A program made the translations under genes and the position numbers. The notes under the pieces are model-generated. The model saw only the letters and a list, made by a program, of their open reading frames with translations. It was not told the DNA's origin and searched no databases. Below, one piece after another: positions 8,396 to 14,936 of a stretch of 23,951 nt of DNA. Numbering within the stretch: position 1 is the first letter of the stretch; every line of letters begins with the position of its first letter. The stretch is from a virus. The stretch is from the IMG/VR virus record IMGVR_UViG_3300023082_000001, positions 1 through 23,951 of that record. One strand, written 5' to 3'.

Positions 8396-8745
8396 TGCTT
8401 TTGCTCCAAATGGAATTCCATAATCAACGCTCCAAGGCTACGTGAGTTCCAAGTAGGATTCAACGTTACCAATTCATTCAAATTACTGCAACCTGTTGTC
8501 TCCAAAAACTCTTTGATATCAACGCCCAGATTTTTAGCAACCTTACGAATTCCTTTGGCTCCGATATCGTGCTTCTGGGGAAGACGGATATTCAGTTCAC
8601 TAGCTTTAGCGGCCCAGTAGGGCTCATCCACGTAAATGAGTTTAAGATTCTTCTCAGCATACACTTTCTTAGCATCTCTTGACGCTTGAGCTTTCTGCTG
8701 AGAAATTAGGCGTTCTTCTGCATTCATGCTTGGGAGGTTACTCAT
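8392..8745 (-). CDS. Hypothetical protein
   Basis: Start likely ATG 8745 (MSNLPSM), overlapping the upstream stop; possible HTH-like segment IRKVAKNLGVDIKEFLE. Confidence 0.65.
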   Translation of the reverse strand: MSNLPSMNAEERLISQQKAQASRDAKKVYAEKNLKLIYVDEPYWAAKASELNIRLPQKHDIGAKGIRKVAKNLGVDIKEFLETTGCSNLNELVTLNPTWNSRSLGALIMEFHLEQKQ

Positions 8746-8929
8746 TAGCTGATTGCTCCTGTGCCCACTTGACTCCAGCAAGGAAAGCTTTTTCTAGCTC
8801 TTCTTTCTCATCAAGACCTTCCCAATCTGCCAAGTCACCCAAAGTCACATTCATCTCTTCTCCATGCCAATCCCACCAAGTACGTGGGGATTTCAAGTAT
8901 TCCTTAAAAGCTTCAAATTTATCCACCAT
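8738..8929 (-). CDS. Hypothetical protein
   Basis: 63 aa; AGGAGAG SD. Confidence 0.7.
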   Translation of the reverse strand: MVDKFEAFKEYLKSPRTWWDWHGEEMNVTLGDLADWEGLDEKEELEKAFLAGVKWAQEQSANE

Positions 8930-9023
8930 TCTCTCCTAAATAAACCTATTGATTTTAACACCATAAAACAACGCTACTATGTGGGGTCTGTGTACTGCAT
9001 CAAAATTATCTTTAACGCAGCTA

Positions 9024-9053
9024 ATCATACCACATTTTCCCACGATATCTACT
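9024..9053 (-). promoter_or_regulatory. Extended -10 promoter
   Basis: TGgTATGAT (9032-9024) with weak -35 TAGAGA, in an intergenic gap. Confidence 0.45.
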
Positions 9054-9056
9054 ATA

Positions 9057-9305
9057 TTACGTCGTTTCTGAGGGGTATTTCCTCCACTCTTTCTCTAACA
9101 GCAATTTATAGTGATCATGATAGATCAAACCGCGAGTTTTACACTTCAAAGCCAGTCTACGTGAAATACCTTCTTGTTTACCTTTTCCGGGGTAGAAGAA
9201 AAACTTATCCCACGCATTAGCTTGCTTTATGAAATCTTCAGCCAAACCATACCACTTCTCTAACACAACTTTAGCATGCTCAAGATGCCACGTTGATGTT
9301 TTCAT
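9057..9305 (-). CDS. Hypothetical basic protein
   Basis: 82 aa; GGGAG SD. Confidence 0.65.
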   Translation of the reverse strand: MKTSTWHLEHAKVVLEKWYGLAEDFIKQANAWDKFFFYPGKGKQEGISRRLALKCKTRGLIYHDHYKLLLEKEWRKYPSETT

Positions 9306-9509
9306 TTATTCATCTCCCAACATAATCTCAACAGCCTTCTTCACATGCACAGGAATATTCCCCAATGCTATCTCCCCCACTTCCCCTGCACTCCCTCCAT
9401 TAACATAGCCTATGTACTCCACTTTAGCAATAGTGTTGTCAGTATTAATGTGGACAATGTATGTTGATTCCTCTGAAGGGGAGGATATTCGTATGTGGAT
9501 TGTTTTCAT
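9306..9509 (-). CDS. Hypothetical protein
   Basis: 67 aa; ATGA overlap. Confidence 0.65.
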   Translation of the reverse strand: MKTIHIRISSPSEESTYIVHINTDNTIAKVEYIGYVNGGSAGEVGEIALGNIPVHVKKAVEIMLGDE

Positions 9510-9805
9510 TGATCACCCTTCATAAGTTTCAAACACTCTGCACGCATTGGTGAAAACATCCACTGATGCTTTTCATTTGGCATAGCATTGTCATTTTCTT
9601 TAACCAAACGACTTAGCATATCTTTTATGCTATCCAATTCTTTATCAAGTTTCTGGATGTCCTCATCTTGCTCATCAACACACTGATCCAGCAGGTTAAG
9701 GACCAAAATAACTTCCTCTTTAGTTGCCTTAATTTCAGGATGACCACCAGCAGCTTGCCACACTTCTTGCAAGGAAATCATTTCACAATTCTCATAATCT
9801 TTCAT
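9506..9805 (-). CDS. Hypothetical protein
   Basis: 99 aa; coiled-coil-like; ATGA overlap. Confidence 0.7.
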   Translation of the reverse strand: MKDYENCEMISLQEVWQAAGGHPEIKATKEEVILVLNLLDQCVDEQDEDIQKLDKELDSIKDMLSRLVKENDNAMPNEKHQWMFSPMRAECLKLMKGDQ

Positions 9806-10245
9806 TTCAGATTTCCTTCATCGAAGACATCAAAGTCAGGATATTTTATAAAATCAATTTTCTTAGGCCATTCCCATTCTGCTTCATAGGCATTGGTTCC
9901 ATTAACTTCCATATCCTCTTGAGAATTTCTGTGTAAAGTCCAATTACTGCACTCTTCATACTTGCTTTCCAGCATCCACCTATTGGCAATCACTGGTAAC
10001 ATCTCCAAAAACTTCTCAATCGTGTAGTCATAATTCTTAAGCTCACTGTGGAATTTAACAAGACTGCCTTGAGCATATTTTATGCTGTCACCGGAAAAAG
10101 GTATCCAATGTAGTCGGCTGTACCCAACATAAGGTTTAACTTCCACCACTAACTCAGCAACCTTCTCCCAACTAGTCACGAATGCCTCGGCAATCTCTCG
10201 TGACTTGAACTCTACCGTACCTTGCAGTTCTGTATACATCCCCAT
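9802..10245 (-). CDS. Hypothetical protein
   Basis: 147 aa beginning MGMYTEL; AAGGAG SD. Confidence 0.75.
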   Translation of the reverse strand: MGMYTELQGTVEFKSREIAEAFVTSWEKVAELVVEVKPYVGYSRLHWIPFSGDSIKYAQGSLVKFHSELKNYDYTIEKFLEMLPVIANRWMLESKYEECSNWTLHRNSQEDMEVNGTNAYEAEWEWPKKIDFIKYPDFDVFDEGNLK

Positions 10246-10406
10246 TACATATTCTCCTTTACGTATTTCTCAGCAGACCTTCCCGTCACATACCAGTCCA
10301 TCATTTTGCTGTAGTCTTTCTTTGAAAGCTCAGTGTCAGGGACAAGTTCTTTGACAGATTGCACAAATGCTATCCATCCGTTTTGTGTGGGAGGGGTGGT
10401 TTTCAC
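10245..10406 (-). CDS. Small hypothetical protein (53 aa), absent from the ORF track
   Basis: GTG start coupled to the upstream TGA; MKTTPPTQNGWIAFVQSVKELVPDTELSKKDYSKMMDWYVTGRSAEKYVKENM; TAATG coupling downstream. Confidence 0.6.
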   Translation of the reverse strand: MKTTPPTQNGWIAFVQSVKELVPDTELSKKDYSKMMDWYVTGRSAEKYVKENM

Positions 10407-10771
10407 AAGTAGCACTCCGAGTATAGAACACCCTCTGTGAACACTTCTTTAATTTGACCGGCACCATTTGCCACACCCCAAGCCTCCTCTCGTGACATCC
10501 ACACTCCCCACTGATCTACAAATCCTTGATCTGTTGCTACAGAATGTGCCTTACAGTCAATGTTCAGGTTATCAATAGTCATTCGCATGATTGGGCAGAA
10601 ATGTTCATTGCCTACGATCAGATGTCCATCTACAATACAAGCTGCCATGCTCACCACACGCTGTACATTATTAAACCTCTCCCACACAGGTATGTAAGAT
10701 CCATCTGTCATACCATGAACCCATGACAAGTGGTTCAGGAATTCACTACCGTATTTAGTAATCTCTTGCAT
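10403..10771 (-). CDS. Phage hypothetical protein
   Basis: Start likely ATG 10771 after GGAG; QGFVDQWG..MSREEAW.VA..GQI..LYSE motif that I recognise from phage hypotheticals (not verified). Confidence 0.75.
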   Translation of the reverse strand: MQEITKYGSEFLNHLSWVHGMTDGSYIPVWERFNNVQRVVSMAACIVDGHLIVGNEHFCPIMRMTIDNLNIDCKAHSVATDQGFVDQWGVWMSREEAWGVANGAGQIKEVFTEGVLYSECYL

Positions 10772-10815
10772 AATTTTCTCCGCACACATTTGTGCATTTC
10801 TGTTTGTCTGTAGCC

Positions 10816-10844
10816 ATTCTAAGGTATACTTGTGGAATGTGCAA
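10816..10844 (-). promoter_or_regulatory. sigma70-like early promoter
   Basis: TTGCAC-17-TAGAAT. Confidence 0.6.
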
Positions 10845-10851
10845 GGGGAAT

Positions 10852-11292
10852 CTAAAGCATTCTGTCATAAGAATGAAAAACATCTGTTGCCTTCTGAGCA
10901 CAGCCATATTCTCTTTTAGCTCTTTTCCAATAAGTCTGGAAAAGCTCCCTTGCACGGGTGCTGTCAAACCTATTCTTTTGCACCCTTTTTGCAAACTTCC
11001 AAGCGATGTACTCTTCTTTCATCGTATCCGCCACAGATTGCTCATACTCAGCACAAGACTTTGCACGATAATACATTCTACGGTGTCTTAAGATGTGTCC
11101 AACCTCGTGCAGAAAAGAATCCATGAAACCTTGATAGAATGGGTTGATAAACACTGTACACTCTGTTTTCTTGTAATCTTTATAATAAGTCATTTTGAAT
11201 TCAGCATGAGACAATCTGAAGACTGGCATCCACAGAATATTGTATTTCCTGCACAGCTTGTAAGCGTAAATCCATTGTGCTAGCTTGTTCAT
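10852..11292 (-). CDS. HExxH zinc metallopeptidase-like protein (ImmA/IrrE-like)
   Basis: FLHEVGHI plus downstream EEYIAWKFA; start likely ATG 11292 after AGGTG. Confidence 0.65.
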   Translation of the reverse strand: MNKLAQWIYAYKLCRKYNILWMPVFRLSHAEFKMTYYKDYKKTECTVFINPFYQGFMDSFLHEVGHILRHRRMYYRAKSCAEYEQSVADTMKEEYIAWKFAKRVQKNRFDSTRARELFQTYWKRAKREYGCAQKATDVFHSYDRML

Positions 11293-11322
11293 GTCAATCA
11301 CCTATGTGTTGTGTATGGCATG

Positions 11323-11351
11323 ATTTTATCTGAGGATAGTGCTGTGTGCAA
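11323..11351 (-). promoter_or_regulatory. sigma70-like leftward promoter
   Basis: TTGCAC-17-TAAAAT. Confidence 0.6.
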
Positions 11352-11419
11352 GGGGAATTTGAGATTATTTTTAGGAGGGCATCATAGATGCTGTTGGATA
11401 TTATTTGTGAAGAAAGGGG

Positions 11420-11447
11420 TTGACGTGGGGAGAAAGCGTGGTATTCT
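11420..11447 (+). promoter_or_regulatory. sigma70-like rightward promoter
   Basis: TTGACG-16-TATTCT with TG extension. Confidence 0.55.
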
Positions 11448-11618
11448 GTGTCTTATCTGTGGGAGAGCAGTAAGGTTTCTTTGGAGAAAGTACCGAGTAG
11501 CAAGGGGTACAAACCCATATAAACCGTGGGCTGTAGGCTAGTTTGTGTACTGGAATACATGTATCTAGTATCACCACTATCTATCTACTAATATTTACAA
11601 CCAATAGGAGGAGAGTAG

Positions 11619-12977
11619 TTGATTTATGAATTAAGTAAGATGAAAGAATCAGAAGTATATTCTACTAATCTAAGATGTGTAAGAAGCTATATTTATTATC
11701 ATGAATCTAAATACTACAAGAAGATAGTAGATCATATACTAGAGCATACAGAGGAAAGATGGGAAGAAGCAGTTAGATGGTGGATAAGTAATAGTGCTCG
11801 TGCCATTAAACATAAGGCTACTGGATTTGTATTTAGCTTAGATAAGAATACATATACCAAATCTGTTCAAGGTATTGGATACAGGAAAGTTAAATCTTTA
11901 GTTGATTTTCTTGAGCAAAAGGGTTATATTGATCTTTATAAAGGTTATGTGAAGTCTTGGAAAACAGTTAACGGTAAACCAAAACCTGATGTTGTTGTTC
12001 CCTCATGCCTGATATTTCGTAAGCGAACACTAGATATGTGGGAAGGAGTGGACGTTTCCTATAACCTATGGCGAGACCTTGAAGAAAGTGATCTTGCTAT
12101 CATTCGTAATCGGGAGACTAAAGAATTAATGTCTACTCGTGGTCACAAAGGTTTTAAAGATATCAAATCTGAGGTGAGGAACATGAATAACAGTTTGGAA
12201 GGTGCAGACATTACATTCGATGGTAAGCCAATTGCTGATGTTGCATATCGTCGTATCTTCAGTGGTGATTTGGATAAAGGTGGTAGACTGTACACGCTCG
12301 GTGGTGGTGTCCAACTTCTTCCACAACACATTAGGGCATCGTCCTTAAGGATTGATGGTGAAGCTGTAGTTGAGCTAGACTACTCAGCTATTCACCCCAG
12401 TATCTGCTACCAACAGATGTATAATAACGATGGCTTTAATATTTATGATGTAATGGGAACTGAGTTCTCCCCTTATGATGCTGACTTATCATTCGTTAAA
12501 GTGGATGAGAAGCTAAAAGATCAATGGGAAACATTGACGGGTAAGAAGCACAATCCTAGGCGTTCACTGGCAAAGCTTGGAATTCTTATTGGTATGAATT
12601 CCGACGATATGAACAGCGCAGCGTGGACACTTGGTAACAAGGTGAAGCTTGACAGAGAGAAAGAGGTGGAAGACCAAGAGTTTTATGCTTTAGTTGGTAA
12701 GACAGACTACGGTAAAGTGTTAGAAGCTGTGAGAAGCCATAACGATTTTATTAGAGATATGTTCTTTAATGATGGCGGCATTATGCTTCAGAATATTGAC
12801 AGCAAGATTATGATGAACATTGTTGGTGCAATGGGTGAGAAAGGTCATGCTGTTTTAGCCTATCACGACAGTGTTTTGGTTAAGGAGTCAGCAGAAGATG
12901 ATTTGAGAGAAGCTATGTTTACAGCATGGAAAACAGTCTTAAGTGATACAACATTTTGTAAGGTGGATAAGAAATGA
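11619..12977 (+). CDS. Minimal family-A DNA polymerase / T7-RNAP-like fold protein
   Basis: DKGGRLY (DxxGR), VVELDYSAIHP (motif A), RRSLAKLGILIGMN (motif B-like), LQNIDS, YHDSVLV (motif C); TTG start after AGGAGGAG. Confidence 0.7.
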   Translation: MIYELSKMKESEVYSTNLRCVRSYIYYHESKYYKKIVDHILEHTEERWEEAVRWWISNSARAIKHKATGFVFSLDKNTYTKSVQGIGYRKVKSLVDFLEQKGYIDLYKGYVKSWKTVNGKPKPDVVVPSCLIFRKRTLDMWEGVDVSYNLWRDLEESDLAIIRNRETKELMSTRGHKGFKDIKSEVRNMNNSLEGADITFDGKPIADVAYRRIFSGDLDKGGRLYTLGGGVQLLPQHIRASSLRIDGEAVVELDYSAIHPSICYQQMYNNDGFNIYDVMGTEFSPYDADLSFVKVDEKLKDQWETLTGKKHNPRRSLAKLGILIGMNSDDMNSAAWTLGNKVKLDREKEVEDQEFYALVGKTDYGKVLEAVRSHNDFIRDMFFNDGGIMLQNIDSKIMMNIVGAMGEKGHAVLAYHDSVLVKESAEDDLREAMFTAWKTVLSDTTFCKVDKK

Positions 12978-13168
12978 AAATCAATATTGAAGATGTCCTA
13001 GCAGCACAAGCTGTCCGACACGAAATAAACAATCAGGATATTTATGGCATTGAGTGGTATCAAGATGGTAAAAAGCTAAATATTCCAGACTCAGTATTAG
13101 AATCTTGGAGATTCACTGGATTGTCCAACACTGATTTTGTTAACTTTTGTTTGGATGAGATTGAATAA
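12974..13168 (+). CDS. Hypothetical protein
   Basis: 64 aa; ATGA overlap with the polymerase-like gene. Confidence 0.65.
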   Translation: MKINIEDVLAAQAVRHEINNQDIYGIEWYQDGKKLNIPDSVLESWRFTGLSNTDFVNFCLDEIE

Positions 13169-13181
13169 TATAAAATAACAC

Positions 13182-13210
13182 TTGACACGTCCGCGTGTCA
13201 TTGGTAATAT
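13182..13210 (+). promoter_or_regulatory. sigma70 promoter overlapped by an inverted repeat
   Basis: TTGACA-17-TAATAT with TG extension; TGACACG-N4-CGTGTCA at 13183-13200. Confidence 0.65.
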
Positions 13211-13246
13211 CTATTAATCAAACAAAACTAAATTAAGGAATTAATA

Positions 13247-13456
13247 ATGTCACGCTGTCTCTGCTGCAACATTGAGATGAAGTGGAGAGATTTTAAAATG
13301 TTGCAGGATGATGGTAGTGAGGAAAATCTTTGCTCAAGTTGTCTTTCAATTGCTTACTCCCCAAATCATTGCAAAACCCATTTTTATCAATTTGAAGATA
13401 TCACTGAGGTATTTTTTGATGAAGGCATCACTAGACCTAAGCTATTAAACGATTAA
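13247..13456 (+). CDS. Small zinc-ribbon protein
   Basis: RCLCCN...LCSSC; AAGGA SD. Confidence 0.7.
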   Translation: MSRCLCCNIEMKWRDFKMLQDDGSEENLCSSCLSIAYSPNHCKTHFYQFEDITEVFFDEGITRPKLLND

Positions 13457-13459
13457 TGC

Positions 13460-13488
13460 TTGCAATATGTTATAATATACGGTATAAT
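13460..13488 (+). promoter_or_regulatory. sigma70 promoter(s) for the ncRNA/tRNA island
   Basis: TTGCAA-17-TATAAT (13483-13488), plus TGtTATAAT at 13468-13476. Confidence 0.7.
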
Positions 13489-13492
13489 TATT

Positions 13493-13815
13493 TGCCACTT
13501 GTGTTCTGGGTGGTGAAAAAAGAATTCCCTTACGTGATATGGCACAACTTTGGCGATTTCCATATGCTTGTCGGCAGGGTGAGAAGTAAGAGAATAAAAA
13601 GTTAGGAATATCTGTTCTGTAAAGACAGATTCATTGAATACTTATTTGGCCTCCGTAAGTTAGTAGGTGATGTGACATTCCTGATAAGCCGTCTTATAAG
13701 AAACAGTACACAAACCCATCTCGCTAACGTTTGTGTGTATGCTTTGCAAGGTGCAAGATAGGGCGTAAAATAATAGAGTATTCTATCAATTCCGCCGTAG
13801 CCCGCACATGCGGAA
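13493..13815 (+). ncRNA. Putative structured RNA leader with tRNA fragments
   Basis: No ORF in the track; several hairpins containing G-U pairs on the + strand (see findings). Confidence 0.4.
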
Positions 13816-13823
13816 CTAATTAT

Positions 13824-13899
13824 TGGCGATTAGCTCAGTAGGTAGAGCGAGTGACTGTTAATCACTATGTCCCAGATTCGAGTTCTGGATCGCCAGCCA
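13824..13899 (+). tRNA. tRNA-Asn (GTT)
   Basis: Acceptor TGGCGAT/ATCGCCA, D-stem GCTC/GAGC, anticodon arm AGTGA-CTGTTAA-TCACT, T-arm CCAGA-TTCGAGT-TCTGG, G73 and encoded CCA; 76 nt. Confidence 0.95.
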
Positions 13900-13965
13900 A
13901 GCATGCAGTTCGATTCTGCTCGTTAGCTGAGGGTTGGTACGAAATTGGGTTCGATTCCCTGATTA

Positions 13966-14217
13966 TCCGTTTGGTGACGGAAGCTTGACTGATGGAAAGA
14001 CATCATTAATTCTAGTTTCACCCAGCACAGAGCCAGAAGTAAATTCTACATAAATCTGTGTTGTCCTCAAACCAACAACATTTTCTCTCCTCCTATCTTC
14101 AGTGTTGTCGGTTTATTGTGTCTTCTAAGTTGCTATCTCCCGATTTAGAAGACATTTCTTTAAGTGCTGTTTATCGCTCAGCGAACACAATCTAATTGTA
14201 CCCTAACAGCCTTTAAA
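13966..14217 (+). ncRNA. Putative sRNA 1 (19-nt motif plus anti-SD loop hairpins)
   Basis: Stems 14023-31/14055-63, 14069-80/14103-14 (loop contains CTCTCCTCCTAT), 14119-32/14141-54 (loop CTATCTCC), 14166-71/14205-10. Confidence 0.5.
13986..14004 (+). repeat. 19-nt repeat TGACTGATGGAAAGACATC, copy 1
   Basis: Identical to 16315-16333. Confidence 0.9.
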
Positions 14218-14246
14218 TAAGTGTATGCACACATAGGAAATTAATC

Positions 14247-14636
14247 ATGGCTAACAAGACTCCTAACAAAGACACTAGATTTGATGGTCCTAAGTCAAAT
14301 CGTAATACAAAAAATAATAGTAAGGTTCGCATCACTAAGTCCAAACTTCGAGCTACTGCCGAAAAGCTTAGAGAAATCGAGCCTACTGCACTTGAGAATA
14401 TAAAGAAAAGTGTAGAAGGTGATAAGGTTGAGCAACAGCAATTGGATTCTTCCAAGTGGATCGTGTCTAGCATCATTGCGCTAGACCGTGCAGCCTCACA
14501 GGAAGAAGCATCTCTTACTAAGATTCGTCTTGAAGGCAAGCGTGATGAGTCTGAGGAAGATGAAGAAAACGTTGCAGAGATTGTAAAGCTTGTGCCTAGG
14601 TTGAAGCTTACGTTTGATGAGCCTGAAGAAAAATAA
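14247..14636 (+). CDS. Putative terminase small subunit
   Basis: 129 aa; basic N-terminus (TRFDGPKSNRN...), helical core, acidic stretch and terminal beta-strand (PRLKLTF); upstream of terL. Function inferred only. Confidence 0.45.
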   Translation: MANKTPNKDTRFDGPKSNRNTKNNSKVRITKSKLRATAEKLREIEPTALENIKKSVEGDKVEQQQLDSSKWIVSSIIALDRAASQEEASLTKIRLEGKRDESEEDEENVAEIVKLVPRLKLTFDEPEEK

Positions 14637-14654
14637 TAATAAAAGGAAACAACA

Positions 14655-14819
14655 ATGAACCTCATTCTAATCCTATTGATTTTACTTCTCCTACTCCCAG
14701 CTTTGGGTGTGTACACAGTTGCCGTAAGTTTTGGATTGGTAATCAAGATCCTTTTGGTTATTCTCATTGTTGGCCTGATTTTGAATGTGCTTGGTGGCAA
14801 TCGAAACTTTTGGTTTTAA
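14655..14819 (+). CDS. Small two-TM membrane protein (54 aa), absent from the ORF track
   Basis: MNLILILLILLLLLPALGVYTVAVSFGLVIKILLVILIVGLILNVLGGNRNFWF; AAGGA SD. Confidence 0.75.
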   Translation: MNLILILLILLLLLPALGVYTVAVSFGLVIKILLVILIVGLILNVLGGNRNFWF

Positions 14820-14936
14820 ACAAATAGTTTTTAAATTTAAACTATTCAAATTACTCTTGATGATAGAGAGATATAAGAATAGGAAATGAATCAAGATTGT
14901 CTGGTAATACCACAATAATTAAAAAACGGATGCACT

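Larger units (their letters stand above)
10838..11358. repeat. 14-bp direct repeat TGTGCAAGGGGAAT (10838-10851, 11345-11358)
   Basis: Exact match; each copy contains the -35 of a leftward promoter; the copies flank one gene. Confidence 0.75.

Noticed and set aside
1630-11283. + strand ORFs in the left arm (1630, 3017, 4307, 4327, 5914, 6676, 7740, 7937, 8679, 8864, 9668, 10526, 10792, 11095) and the - strand ORF 10755..10994
   Set aside because: Shadow frames of a fully tiled, translationally coupled - strand operon; no recognisable motifs
11311-11541. 76-aa + ORF
   Set aside because: Spans the divergent promoters, has no SD and atypical composition
13649-13692. Possible tRNA-Ile(GAT): GCCTCCGTA...AGTAGGT...CTGATAA
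   Set aside because: Anticodon stem does not pair and there is no T-arm or acceptor 3' strand; at most a remnant
13900-13985. HDV-like (theta) ribozyme downstream of the tRNA
   Set aside because: Could not build the nested P1/P2/P3/P1.1 pseudoknot; the tRNA already encodes CCA
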